DNA of 61,581 nucleotides from a virus (Duplodnaviria; Caudoviricetes): the IMG/VR virus record IMGVR_UViG_3300037493_001343, positions 1 to 61,581 of that record; one strand, written 5' to 3'. Below are positions 1 to 9,487 of this stretch, piece after piece. The translations under genes and the position numbers were made by a program. A model generated the notes under the pieces. It was not told the origin of the DNA. It did not search any database and saw only the letters and a list, made by a program, of their open reading frames with translations. Numbering within the stretch: the first letter of the stretch is position 1; each line of letters opens with the position of its first letter.

Positions 1-89
1 TGTAGCTGTAAAAAATCCTGATGCTAAAATTCTACCCCCTGTAAACGAAGAACCTGTTAAGTTATATTCTACAGAAGAGTTTGTTCCTG
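1..89. repeat. Terminal direct repeat, left copy (identical to 61493-61581); circular assembly overlap
   Basis: Bases 1-89 (tgtagctgtaaaaaatcc...gtttgttcctg) match 61493-61581 exactly, and a minus-strand ORF reads in frame across the junction. Confidence 0.95.
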
Positions 90-1071
90 CACTTACCCAA
101 GAACCACCTGTTGTTGTTCCTGAACTTGCCACTTGCCAATTATAATTAGCTGCTGTATTACCTATTACAGAAATAGCAGTGGCTAGAATTATAGCATCTA
201 ATCTTGTAGACTTAAGTCTTATAGAAACTATAGGATAAAATGTACCTCCTGTTGTTAAGGTTCTAGGAGAAGTTATTGGTGTACCTACAGCTTGTTGTAA
301 ACCACGAAGTTCATAACCTCCTTCAGATAACACTGTAGAGCATATTTGTTTTAATGTACTTGCACCACTTGTTGCACCTGTATTTGTTATCTCATATCTT
401 AATGGTAATGAAGCTGTAGTAATGTATGTAGATGTAATTATGTTAGCGTGCTGAAACTTATGACAAACATAGAAGTTACCATCTATTACAAATCCTATTC
501 TAACTGTACCCACCCCCAACCATTCTAAGTCCATAAACAAGATTTGAGCTTTAGTCAAATCAAGTGTAATACCACTAGGACCTGACCCATTCATAGGGTC
601 AACATTCCAACTTGCTTGGGCAACAGGAGTATTTACTAATGAACCACTAACAGAACTTCTTTCAACAAAACTAACTGTGCTGTCATTTTGTTCTAGATAA
701 TATCCATTTTCCGTTCCATAATATCCCACTCTTTGTCTAAGCCCTGTCTTAGCAGCGCTCATTACAAATGTATTAAGCACAAGAAGACTTTTGCCAGGCT
801 GATAAGAAAATACCTTTGTGGTTTCTCTAATCACCTCGGAACCTGAAGCTGTTGTTATAGTTAAATCAACTAGTCCCTGACTAGAGTTAAATGTAGCAGA
901 ACCACTTACAGCAGTAGCTGTAGACCACAATCCATTATCTGCAAATCTATGACTAGAGTCAAACAATGTAAAAGGATTACTAACTCTTAGCCTTCCAAAT
1001 GCATCTATGTTTGGAGAATTTGAGTATGAAACCTCACTATTAAATATACTATATCCTGAATATCCTTGCAT
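1..1071 (-). CDS. 5' part of an origin-spanning ~412-aa putative virion (fibre/lectin-like) protein; continues at 61492..61325
   Basis: Not in the ORF track. ATG at 1071 gives MQGYSGYSIFNSEVSYSNSPNIDAFGRLRVSNPFTLFDSSHRFADN...; the frame stays open across the circular junction and ends MDWEEISR-TAA at 61325. Lies in the fibre gene cluster. Confidence 0.8.
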   Translation of the reverse strand, partial: MQGYSGYSIFNSEVSYSNSPNIDAFGRLRVSNPFTLFDSSHRFADNGLWSTATAVSGSATFNSSQGLVDLTITTASGSEVIRETTKVFSYQPGKSLLVLNTFVMSAAKTGLRQRVGYYGTENGYYLEQNDSTVSFVERSSVSGSLVNTPVAQASWNVDPMNGSGPSGITLDLTKAQILFMDLEWLGVGTVRIGFVIDGNFYVCHKFQHANIITSTYITTASLPLRYEITNTGATSGASTLKQICSTVLSEGGYELRGLQQAVGTPITSPRTLTTGGTFYPIVSIRLKSTRLDAIILATAISVIGNTAANYNWQVASSGTTTGGSWVSAGTNSSVEYNLTGSSFTGGRILASGFFTAT

Positions 1072-1075
1072 AGTT

Positions 1076-1405
1076 TTAATTTATTTCTGTTCCAAATAAT
1101 TGAAATGAAAGACTAGCATTTCCTGAATATACTCTTACTACATCTGTTGTTGCAAGAGATATACCTATTGTAGCAATGAATGTATCATTACCTGCTAATG
1201 TAACATCATAATAAAGATAGTCTTTATTAGCTGTAGCACCACCGCCTTGGGAGATAGACACCCTAAAAGTGGTTTGCGTACCACCTCTATTACATATAGA
1301 AATGGAACTACACACTGTAGATGTAGCTGCAGGAACAGTGTATAAGACTGTTTCTGTCGTAGCTGATGGACTATTTTGTCCTAATATTTTGTATATGTTT
1401 GCCAT
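1076..1405 (-). CDS. Small beta-rich virion/fibre-associated protein (109 aa)
   Basis: Tightly packed between fibre genes, T/S/V-rich beta-type composition. Confidence 0.6.
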   Translation of the reverse strand: MANIYKILGQNSPSATTETVLYTVPAATSTVCSSISICNRGGTQTTFRVSISQGGGATANKDYLYYDVTLAGNDTFIATIGISLATTDVVRVYSGNASLSFQLFGTEIN

Positions 1406-1407
1406 AA

Positions 1408-2094
1408 TTATGCTCCCATTAATAAAAAGTTCATTTCAAATCCTACAGCTGTAGCACTAAGTGTTCCTCCTGAGAGAGAAAGTCCTGTACCCACCGTTAT
1501 TTCTTCCATTTCACCAGCACCAGCAGTACTTCTACCAATAAGTTTATTGGTACTCATACTTGTTGATATATTAGGGGCTGTACCTCCAGAAGATACTAAA
1601 GGAGAAGAAGCAGTTACATTAGTTACTGTACCGCCTGGCAATGTACCTAAAGTACCATCACCTTTAATGTATTCAGACGCTGTACCATTAGCAGCTATAT
1701 CTATAACACCACTCGTAGTTACAGGGCTATTAGTAACAGTAAATGCAGCAGGCGCTGTAATACCAATACTTGTTACTGTACCATCAGTATCACCTATTGT
1801 TTCTTGAACCCATACACCTCCATCGTTAGCAGGGAATATAGTAGTTCCATTTGGTGTACCAGTAGCACTCCATCTATAAAATGCTTCATCTTGTACATAA
1901 CAAAGGATAGCATTATTAAACCCTTGATTTGCTAAAGCAGCAGTTGTAGGAACAGTAAAGAAAGTTCTTTCTCTTAATGTACTTACAATGTCTTCTTGTA
2001 TTGACTTTAAACCATTAGACCCAGACCAACTTACTGTGTTGTTCTGAGTCTGATTAGCTCTAAAGATTTTATTTATTAACGCTTGTATAGTCAT
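1408..2094 (-). CDS. Tail fibre-like protein (228 aa) with shared N-terminal docking domain
   Basis: N-terminus paralogous to 58646..59185 and 56576..58636; contains GTVTS/GTVTN fibre-type repeats. Confidence 0.65.
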   Translation of the reverse strand: MTIQALINKIFRANQTQNNTVSWSGSNGLKSIQEDIVSTLRERTFFTVPTTAALANQGFNNAILCYVQDEAFYRWSATGTPNGTTIFPANDGGVWVQETIGDTDGTVTSIGITAPAAFTVTNSPVTTSGVIDIAANGTASEYIKGDGTLGTLPGGTVTNVTASSPLVSSGGTAPNISTSMSTNKLIGRSTAGAGEMEEITVGTGLSLSGGTLSATAVGFEMNFLLMGA

Positions 2095-2096
2095 AT

Positions 2097-3020
2097 TTAT
2101 TCTCTTGTTCTACCAAACGCAGCTTGTAGTGAGCGTTTAATATCAGTAGTAGTAAGGTTATTATTTTTAGCTCTTAATAATCTAAACTCTTGATCGTATA
2201 TTTGTTTTCTTAAACCAGCTTCTTGTAAACCATTACGTCTAACAGATGCCATTTTGTAGCTAATATAAGCCTCAATAACAACCTGCGCCTTCTTAGGAAG
2301 CATACTCATAGAGTCTACGTTTCCAACGCCTACATAGCACAAATAAAGCTCTTTGCCAGGGAAGTTTGAAGGACAAGTAATAATACCTTGTTCTACATTT
2401 ATATTTATAGAGTCAACTCTATTTCCATCGCCATAACCAAATGCTCTACCTTTTAACTGGCCCCAATCGTTATAAACGTCAGAATAGAAGAAAGGGACAA
2501 AACCTTGGTAAGGAGTATATGATTGTCCAACTGCAGAAACAGTAGGTGCAAATGTAGCAGGATTATTAATAGGATCTTGAGTAGTAAAGTCATCCATATA
2601 GAAATCAGTTGCCCAAAAGTCAGCTTGGTTACAAGGTTGTCCTACCCAATTAATCCAGTCTCCAGAAGTATTCATTTCTCCTGGAATCTCACTAAATTCG
2701 CTAGGGTTATACTGAGCCAAACCATCTGAGTAAGGGAATGGCATAATACCTTTTCTTATTCCGATCGGTCTCCAATATTGGCCAACTCTAATTCCAGCAC
2801 TAACGTAATCGGTATAGTCGCTTGGTATATCCCACCAGTCTTGGCAGTCTCTAATTAATATTTTATGGTTAACCAATTGGAGAGAAGTAACAGACAACTC
2901 ACGCACAGCCTCAGCTGCAAACGTAAGCACCTTTGCGTAGCTATGAACAGTTTTACCGTTCTTAAATAGCCACGCATTGATTATCTCATCCAATGATACA
3001 AAAGCTCCGTTTGGTGTCAT
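2097..3020 (-). CDS. Putative tail ring / head-tail adaptor protein (307 aa)
   Basis: Third of three co-oriented 215-307 aa genes downstream of the capsid module, as in crAss-like ring-protein clusters; helical N- and C-termini. Confidence 0.5.
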   Translation of the reverse strand: MTPNGAFVSLDEIINAWLFKNGKTVHSYAKVLTFAAEAVRELSVTSLQLVNHKILIRDCQDWWDIPSDYTDYVSAGIRVGQYWRPIGIRKGIMPFPYSDGLAQYNPSEFSEIPGEMNTSGDWINWVGQPCNQADFWATDFYMDDFTTQDPINNPATFAPTVSAVGQSYTPYQGFVPFFYSDVYNDWGQLKGRAFGYGDGNRVDSININVEQGIITCPSNFPGKELYLCYVGVGNVDSMSMLPKKAQVVIEAYISYKMASVRRNGLQEAGLRKQIYDQEFRLLRAKNNNLTTTDIKRSLQAAFGRTRE

Positions 3021-3026
3021 TTGTTA

Positions 3027-3674
3027 TTATTTTATAAAGTTTTCTGGTGATGCCTCTAAGCCCTCATCTCTGATTGTTCTTGGTTCAGCAATGTAGATTG
3101 AAACAACAGCTTGGATAGCTTGTTCTTCTAATTCTGGAGACAATGGCAATGGATCGTTTGGTCCGTACTGAGATAAGTCAGCAATAGCTAATTTCATATC
3201 TACAGTAAACATACCGTCACCAATAATATTTCTATATATAGTTATTTTTTTACCTTCCCAAACGTAAGGAACTCTACCCAATAAAGAGTTAACTTCTTTT
3301 ACTTGTTGAAGGATATAGTATTGGCCAGCAGGAATAGGAATAAATTCCAACTCAGGATAGCTAGATGGATAAACACTAAACACACCCATCTTCTCTGGTA
3401 AATACATTGGCGTAACAGGGAGCGTCACCGTGCACGTGTCATTTAGACCTCCTGTTACTGATACGTTTTCATATGTGCCTAAAACAACTCCATCAGGAAT
3501 TGTAGCACCGTCTATGTTGAATGTTGTATTTAAAACTTCAGTTTTTAATAGTCTATTCATTGCAGACTCAAGATGCTTTTCTATTTCAGCATCACGCACA
3601 CGATCTCTGTTTGATGGGAAACCACCAGACAACATTCTTCTGCAACGCTCAATCATTTGTGATTTGGTAGTCAT
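3027..3674 (-). CDS. Putative tail ring protein (215 aa)
   Basis: Size, position and C-terminal PLPLSPELEEQAIQ motif resemble P22 gp4-like/crAss ring proteins. Confidence 0.5.
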   Translation of the reverse strand: MTTKSQMIERCRRMLSGGFPSNRDRVRDAEIEKHLESAMNRLLKTEVLNTTFNIDGATIPDGVVLGTYENVSVTGGLNDTCTVTLPVTPMYLPEKMGVFSVYPSSYPELEFIPIPAGQYYILQQVKEVNSLLGRVPYVWEGKKITIYRNIIGDGMFTVDMKLAIADLSQYGPNDPLPLSPELEEQAIQAVVSIYIAEPRTIRDEGLEASPENFIK

Positions 3675-4408
3675 TATACAGATTGTATTTGTTGATTAGC
3701 CAATGCTTGTACTTCTTGTGCGGACAAGTTTACGCCTACGTAAGGTAGTGCTCTAGCAACCAACTCAACCCAATAAGTAGAATCAAATTGAGGAGGAACC
3801 GATGCATTAGGACCAGTTGTAAGATCGTTAATTGTAATCGTATTACCTGTAACAGTATAGCTTATAAAAACATCTTCTGGAAGGCCTATGTAGTGAACCT
3901 CAGCTGCATATCCTGCAGGCATTGGAGTTCTTGGGTATAATTGAATTAAATCATTCTCAAATACAAAAACCTGATCATCTACCGTAACTGGATATAATGT
4001 AGATCTTAAAGCCTCTACAATCTCAGAGTTCAAATATTGGTTAATACCACTAATCTCATTAGTTGAGGTATTGATCTTGAATAAACCGATAAAGTGACCA
4101 AAGTCTGGAATCTGATATGCAACACTATTGTTGTATAAGTATATGACACCTCCAGGGCCTGGAGTTACTTGAGTTCTAGTTCTAAATGGACTTAATGCGT
4201 CTATTGTCAATTGGCTTGATCCATAGTCTGGATTAGGCGCACCACCCTTTAATGCTTGGGCAGTTTGTGGTAAACCCCAATAGTAGTTCCAAAGATCTAC
4301 TTGAGCCGAAGATAACGCTTGGGAAATCTCCTCTGGAGACAGATAACCCCTACGATTCTTATCAGCTATGAAGTTTATAAAGTTGTATAAATCAGATACA
4401 TTCTGCAT
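3674..4408 (-). CDS. Putative tail ring protein (244 aa)
   Basis: N-terminal DKNRRGYLSPEEISQALSSAQ resembles crAss-like ring proteins; late motif directly upstream. Confidence 0.55.
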   Translation of the reverse strand: MQNVSDLYNFINFIADKNRRGYLSPEEISQALSSAQVDLWNYYWGLPQTAQALKGGAPNPDYGSSQLTIDALSPFRTRTQVTPGPGGVIYLYNNSVAYQIPDFGHFIGLFKINTSTNEISGINQYLNSEIVEALRSTLYPVTVDDQVFVFENDLIQLYPRTPMPAGYAAEVHYIGLPEDVFISYTVTGNTITINDLTTGPNASVPPQFDSTYWVELVARALPYVGVNLSAQEVQALANQQIQSV

Positions 4409-4423
4409 CTACGTTAAGTTTCC

Positions 4424-4435
4424 TATATAATACGC
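4424..4435 (-). promoter_or_regulatory. Putative late promoter GCGTATTATATA
   Basis: Exact consensus copy 15 nt upstream of the ATG at 4408. Confidence 0.75.
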
Positions 4436-4438
4436 TTC

Positions 4439-4978
4439 TTAGAAGGGCTTAACGAGCCTAAGTAATGGCTTTCTAAATAGGAGGATAGCGAGTATTGCTA
4501 TGATTGCTAACAACTTAAATTTTTGCTTTTTTTGGGTGCTTATTTTGTTATTTAGGGAGTATATTTCTCTAGTTTGATTAGCACAAGAATCTAACAATAT
4601 AGCCTCTTTTGCTCTATCTACAATTACGTGAGTCGTTTTTTTTTGAATGGTCCTTTCAGGTATTTTACCTAACCATTTAACCCACATATTTCCATTTTCT
4701 AAATAAACACTAAAATCATTAACTATGGTATCTAACTTACACTCAGCTGGCATTAAAACCCTAAAGCTATCGTGAACAACAGTATCTTTATAAACTACGT
4801 TGTCTATAATAACTTCTTTAGTAACTGTATCATTGGCACACTCTCCACGCAAGATAACTTGGCGTTTAACTTGGTCGTAATATTTAGGAGTTGAAAGAAC
4901 TGTTTTGACAGGACTACAACTATATGCAATTAAAAGCATTGCGCCTAATATTAATAAACTATATGTCTTTGTGTTCAT
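4439..4978 (-). CDS. Lipoprotein with C-terminal TM helix, putative unimolecular spanin (179 aa)
   Basis: Signal peptide with lipobox-like IAYSC, C-terminal hydrophobic LLAIIAILAILLF followed by basic residues; downstream of endolysin and holin. Confidence 0.6.
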   Translation of the reverse strand: MNTKTYSLLILGAMLLIAYSCSPVKTVLSTPKYYDQVKRQVILRGECANDTVTKEVIIDNVVYKDTVVHDSFRVLMPAECKLDTIVNDFSVYLENGNMWVKWLGKIPERTIQKKTTHVIVDRAKEAILLDSCANQTREIYSLNNKISTQKKQKFKLLAIIAILAILLFRKPLLRLVKPF

Positions 4979-4981
4979 AAG

Positions 4982-5161
4982 TTATTTTCTTTTCTTAAGA
5001 TTTTTCTTAATCTGAATAGCATAGTTTACAATAGCAAGGCAAGACACAATAACACCTAATCCAAACGTGACATTTGTTCTGTCTAAATTTGCTAAAATAT
5101 TAAGCGTTATGCTTGACCAAAGAAGTATGTGGTTATCGTGATTTTCGTTTCCAGTAATCAT
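4982..5161 (-). CDS. Small membrane protein, putative holin (59 aa)
   Basis: Not in track: MITGNENHDNHILLWSSITLNILANLDRTNVTFGLGVIVSCLAIVNYAIQIKKNLKKRK; hydrophobic segments, basic C-terminus, coupled to the endolysin stop (TAATG). Confidence 0.6.
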   Translation of the reverse strand: MITGNENHDNHILLWSSITLNILANLDRTNVTFGLGVIVSCLAIVNYAIQIKKNLKKRK

Positions 5162-5760
5162 TAGAATAAAAGCTTTTTGTAATTGTTAAATCTCTCCACT
5201 CTGTCTGCAAGTCCGTGAGTTCCACCGTTAACCCTTTTGGTTATTTTTTCAACAGTAGCACTATCTCTCAAGTTGTCTGTGTCTGCAATTTTATTTAAAC
5301 CATTTTTATTCCAAAACCAAATAGCACTAAGTCCTGCATATTTATCTTCAGCAACTTGATCTGGATTTGTTAATATAGATGGTTCTTTAGCCCATTCACT
5401 AAACGCTTTATAGTTATCTTTACCAGTTAATTGAATGTAACCACGGCCTTTAAACTTCCATCCGTCTTTACTTGCTTCATCACCATTACCCATACGATTA
5501 GCATATACTTTAGACGCAATCTTCTCTGGGTTTCTATTGTAAGCTTCAGCAGACGCAGGAGTGAAATACTTAGGGAATATCTTAAGCAATCCGTCTTTTC
5601 CGTAATTTAAGTTTTCTGATTTGAATTTAAAGCCGCCAGATTCGTGTGCAGCTTGCGCTAAAAAATGAGCAGCTCTTAACGGAGAATCAATCTCGTGAGC
5701 CATCATATCATCTATAAGAGTCTGAGGAACAAGCCCTTTCAGTTTATCAAACATTTCCAT
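5161..5760 (-). CDS. Glycoside hydrolase family 19 endolysin
   Basis: AHFLAQAAHESGGF...ENLNY, DGWKFKGRGYIQLTGKDNY and ITKRVNGGTHGLADR are GH19 phage endolysin motifs. Confidence 0.93.
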   Translation of the reverse strand: MEMFDKLKGLVPQTLIDDMMAHEIDSPLRAAHFLAQAAHESGGFKFKSENLNYGKDGLLKIFPKYFTPASAEAYNRNPEKIASKVYANRMGNGDEASKDGWKFKGRGYIQLTGKDNYKAFSEWAKEPSILTNPDQVAEDKYAGLSAIWFWNKNGLNKIADTDNLRDSATVEKITKRVNGGTHGLADRVERFNNYKKLLF

Positions 5761-5770
5761 AAAATATACT

Positions 5771-5782
5771 CATATAATACGC
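5771..5782 (-). promoter_or_regulatory. Putative late promoter (GCGTATTATATG)
   Basis: 11/12 match, 10 nt upstream of the endolysin ATG. Confidence 0.7.
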
Positions 5783-5794
5783 ACTTTATAAAAA

Positions 5795-5825
5795 CTCAAA
5801 GCCCCTAAGAATAGGGGCCGTTGAG
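5795..5825 (-). terminator. Intrinsic terminator-like hairpin
   Basis: gcccct/aggggc stem extended by ctcaa/ttgag, followed by TTTT on the minus strand, after the 292-aa gene. Confidence 0.6.
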
Positions 5826-5846
5826 CAACACAAACACACTCTTCAG

Positions 5847-6725
5847 TTATTTTTTAGCTTTCTTTTTAGTCAGCTTTAATTCTACTAATTTATTCATCTG
5901 ATCAAGTACAGCAACTTGTTTTTTCTTGTCAATAAAGTCTGCGAATTGTTCGTAAACCATATCATCTTCAAGATCTGCAAGTTTCATAATATCTCCGTCA
6001 GAATCTGTCCATTTCAATTTAGATTCTTCTACGCTGACATAAGCAACGTCTAAAACAATAGCTTGTGCAACTAATGCTTTTATTCCAACTTGCTTATCGC
6101 TTATGCGTTCCATAAAATCTTCTGGTTCTCCTTCTGCGTAATCCTCAATGTTAAATCTCATTTCCTCTTCAGAAAGTTCTGTATCATAACCAAGTAACAA
6201 TGTTAAATTGAATACTTCTTCTTTAGATAAAGCAGCTGCTTTTATTAAAGCATCTCTCTTTATACGTAAAGCTTGACGGTTTTCCTTAGCCTCCGCTTCA
6301 AAATTAACTCGCTCTAAAATAGTATGAACTTCTTCATCTCTATTTGTATTAGCTGCATTAAAAGAAGCAAGCTCAAGATATTGGAATAATTCATCATCTT
6401 GTGAATTACCAATAGTTAAATGCAACATACCTGCATTCTCTTGTGGCGATGCCCAAACTCTTCTTACTCTGTTAGGAATTGGATTACCAAAGTGATCTAC
6501 ACCAGACACTAAACCAATTTCAACCCATTCGTTTTTACCTGGGTCAAAACATTTAGAAAATGGAGGGATTTTTAATTTAGCTTTATAATATGATTGTCCA
6601 CTCATTGGATCCTCATATATGTCTAAAAATCTGTAGGAAATCTGTGTACCTTTTTTAGGTAAAGCTATAAGCTTTTTTAATTCATCAGAGAAGTCATTGT
6701 AGACTCCTAACTTTTTAAGTGCCAT
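5847..6725 (-). CDS. Conserved capsid-module protein downstream of MCP (crAss 'gene 75'-like position), 292 aa
   Basis: Synteny TerL-portal-scaffold-MCP-this gene; function not identifiable from sequence. Confidence 0.5.
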   Translation of the reverse strand: MALKKLGVYNDFSDELKKLIALPKKGTQISYRFLDIYEDPMSGQSYYKAKLKIPPFSKCFDPGKNEWVEIGLVSGVDHFGNPIPNRVRRVWASPQENAGMLHLTIGNSQDDELFQYLELASFNAANTNRDEEVHTILERVNFEAEAKENRQALRIKRDALIKAAALSKEEVFNLTLLLGYDTELSEEEMRFNIEDYAEGEPEDFMERISDKQVGIKALVAQAIVLDVAYVSVEESKLKWTDSDGDIMKLADLEDDMVYEQFADFIDKKKQVAVLDQMNKLVELKLTKKKAKK

Positions 6726-6777
6726 TGTGTTTTGTGTTTTGTGTTAATAAATGTTTGTGTTTGATAAGTGAAGATTA

Positions 6778-6795
6778 GAGGGGGCGAACCCCCTC
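6778..6795 (-). terminator. Stable hairpin after MCP (GAGGGGG-UUCG-CCCCCUC on mRNA)
   Basis: Perfect 7-bp GC stem with UUCG loop, 16 nt after the MCP stop; U-tract is weak, so it may be a stabiliser or leaky terminator. Confidence 0.6.
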
Positions 6796-6811
6796 CTTTC
6801 CTCAAGTTTTA

Positions 6812-8269
6812 CTATGCTAAGATATTAGTAATTTTAGCAAATTTGTTTGGAGCAAATACTTCAAGACCCATATTTGAAGTCCAAGAAACTGTTAAGCTTT
6901 GTTCTTGGTTTGTAGGGGTTGGAGCAAGAGCACCAGTCATTAATTCTGCAGTCTCTACAGAACCTGTACCAGGAGCTGGTTGAGCCATATACTTGTAACG
7001 GAAGTAATCGTTCATTCCACCACCAACAGTTTTTACTTTACCCATTGGTAAGAAATAGATAGATTTAGCGATTGGTCCACCAGTGTAGTTGATAACGTCA
7101 GTATTAGATAATACTTTGAACGCTTTCAAGTTATAAGTGTAACCACCGTGCATAAACTTCTCAGCTTGTAAATCAATCTCACGACCATTAACGCTTAACA
7201 CACCAGAGTTGATACCTGATTTGTAGAAACCGTTATTAGCTGTTGTTTGAGATGTGTAACCAGCAGGAGGAGTAGCTGTATTTACATTAGAAGTAATAGT
7301 AGTTCCAGCACTTGGTAAGTTTTTCAAGAAATCAGAAATAACTGCTACAGCTGGATTAGAACCTGCGATCATATATTCCATTGGAGCACGGACAGCAGTT
7401 AATTGAGCCTCTAAGTCAGATAAATCAGATAAAGTGAAAGTACCAGCAGTAGTAACTGAATCATTAATACCGTAGTTAGTGATGTAAGAATCCATACCAC
7501 GAGTAGTTTGAACACCATAACCAGTTTCGCCTTGTAAGTAAGGAGGAGTTGCAGTTGCTGTTGGACCATCTACGTCAGCAAATAAAGTGTTTGAAACTTC
7601 ACCTAACCACATAGCTAAAGAAATGTCACCACGGTGTTTTTGTAAACCTTGGATCATTTCATAAGGTAAGATGTATGGTTTGCCATTGAACTCTAACTCA
7701 ATTTTAGAAGCGTTCTGAACGTCTGTAATTTTAATTGCATTACGGAAGATTTGAACACGGTTTTGTAAAGAGTTAACTGACCAACGGCGAGTACCTGGCT
7801 CAACTGAACCCTCTTCTTGTGCATTAGAGAAAGCAGATAATTTAACACCATTCATTGCAGCTAAAGAAGCAGCTAAAGCTGTACCAGAAACTGATTGAAC
7901 TTTAATGATAGCCGCAGATTGTTTTTCTTGAACACGACCTACTGCACCGCTAGGGAATTTTAACAAATCACCAACTAAAACGAAGTTGTAATCAGCAGTA
8001 GATAAAGGAATCAAAGGAATAGTTGTAGTTCCAGTTGGAACGCCAGCTACTGTTAACAATTTGTAAAGATTGTCATTGTAGAATGAAGTATAGAAAGGAA
8101 CCGCAGTTGCGTCTTTTTTTCCTGCCATATACATAAAATCTAACCACTCAGCATCGTCTTGGATGTCGATAAGTTGGTTATAAATCTCTCTTTGGTCTAA
8201 GAGAGCCACCGCTGATGCGGTATACTTGTTGGTAGCACCTGCTACACCATTGCCGTAAGTAAACGCCAT
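6812..8269 (-). CDS. Major capsid protein (485 aa)
   Basis: Position after scaffold and portal, size, strong codon bias, HK97-fold-type NRVQIFRNAIKIT and QTTRGMDSYI segments. Confidence 0.85.
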   Translation of the reverse strand: MAFTYGNGVAGATNKYTASAVALLDQREIYNQLIDIQDDAEWLDFMYMAGKKDATAVPFYTSFYNDNLYKLLTVAGVPTGTTTIPLIPLSTADYNFVLVGDLLKFPSGAVGRVQEKQSAAIIKVQSVSGTALAASLAAMNGVKLSAFSNAQEEGSVEPGTRRWSVNSLQNRVQIFRNAIKITDVQNASKIELEFNGKPYILPYEMIQGLQKHRGDISLAMWLGEVSNTLFADVDGPTATATPPYLQGETGYGVQTTRGMDSYITNYGINDSVTTAGTFTLSDLSDLEAQLTAVRAPMEYMIAGSNPAVAVISDFLKNLPSAGTTITSNVNTATPPAGYTSQTTANNGFYKSGINSGVLSVNGREIDLQAEKFMHGGYTYNLKAFKVLSNTDVINYTGGPIAKSIYFLPMGKVKTVGGGMNDYFRYKYMAQPAPGTGSVETAELMTGALAPTPTNQEQSLTVSWTSNMGLEVFAPNKFAKITNILA

Positions 8270-8310
8270 TTTGTTTTAATTTAAAAGTTTTAAAAAATTG
8301 TTTTTATATT

Positions 8311-9453
8311 TTAACCACCGAATGGTTTACCATCGATAGCTTTTATCACGAATCCAGAACCTCTTGATGGAGTTTGAACAACATCCTCCGCCTTAGTGTT
8401 TTTAAGCTCATTAAATAATCTTTTCTCTCCTAGGGATTTACCATAATTGATTAAAGACTTTTCTACAGCAGTTGGGTTGTTTGCATATGTCCAAGCTTTC
8501 ATCCATTTCTTCATATCCAATTGACCGTCTTGGCCAACGAATTTTTGAAAGAATTTGTTTTGGTCTAATGTTTCACCCAAGAAGTCAGCGTTTTTGTCTA
8601 CTTCAAAATTCATTCTGTTCTCACCGTCTCCAAATTCTACAAGCCTGCTCGTCTCGAATTGCTTGAAGTCTGGTAGTGAAGTTAAATGATTCTTGAAGCT
8701 TTCTACTTGTTGCTGAATTGCCTCCTGTTGAGCTTTCAACTGTGCTTCAAATTTTGACGCTTCGTTTTCAAAAGATTTAGGTTTGTATTGAGCTTGTTCG
8801 GCTTTTAATCCCTCTCGGATTTTGTCTGCCTCTAGCTTCATCATCAAACGTGCAACTTTATCATCGTCTTCGTCACCTGTTATTCCATACTCTTTCTGTA
8901 GAGTCTTCTGTAATATCAGATTCTTTTCTTCCTCACCTAAACTTGGATACTTAGAATCGATCTGAGTTTTAATGATCTCTTCGTCTGTATACAAGTCATA
9001 GTTTGTATTCGTCTTAATTAAGAACTCGTCAAGCTGGTTAGTTTTATAAGCATCGATTAATTGCTTTGCATAATCGTCTTCTTGTAAACCTAATTTTTCC
9101 CAAGGGTCAAAAACAATTGGTTCTTGAGTAGCTTGTTCTTGTGAAGATACTACGCTTTCTGTTGTATCTTCTGCTCTATAAACTGGAACTTCAGGTGTTT
9201 CAGCCATTGCATTTTCTGCAACAGTTGAAGTTTCTTCTACCTTTGTTTCAGTAGGTGCTTCCTCAAATTGATTTATAGGTTGGTTGTATTGAACCCCTGC
9301 ACTTGAGTGCTCACCTTTTATTATCCATTTTCCTTCTCCTGCAAATGGATTCTCTTGTGGAGCTTCCGCTTGTGGAGCTTGTGCTTCTGCAACTGGAGCA
9401 GTTTGTTCAACTACTTGTTCAGCTACTTGTGCTGTTTCTTGTGTGTTTTCCAT
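8311..9453 (-). CDS. Putative capsid scaffolding protein (380 aa)
   Basis: Very acidic E/Q-rich N-terminus and coiled coils, between portal and MCP. Confidence 0.7.
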   Translation of the reverse strand: MENTQETAQVAEQVVEQTAPVAEAQAPQAEAPQENPFAGEGKWIIKGEHSSAGVQYNQPINQFEEAPTETKVEETSTVAENAMAETPEVPVYRAEDTTESVVSSQEQATQEPIVFDPWEKLGLQEDDYAKQLIDAYKTNQLDEFLIKTNTNYDLYTDEEIIKTQIDSKYPSLGEEEKNLILQKTLQKEYGITGDEDDDKVARLMMKLEADKIREGLKAEQAQYKPKSFENEASKFEAQLKAQQEAIQQQVESFKNHLTSLPDFKQFETSRLVEFGDGENRMNFEVDKNADFLGETLDQNKFFQKFVGQDGQLDMKKWMKAWTYANNPTAVEKSLINYGKSLGEKRLFNELKNTKAEDVVQTPSRGSGFVIKAIDGKPFGG

Positions 9454-9475
9454 TTGTGTCTGTGTTTATGTTATG

Positions 9476-9487
9476 AATATATTACGC
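9476..9487 (-). promoter_or_regulatory. Late promoter variant GCGTAATATATT overlapping the portal stop codon
   Basis: 10/12 match upstream of the scaffold/MCP genes. Confidence 0.6.

Noticed and set aside
1-89. 89-bp terminal repeat as the biological DTR
   Set aside because: It falls inside a gene that reads through the junction; this fits an assembler overlap of a circular contig
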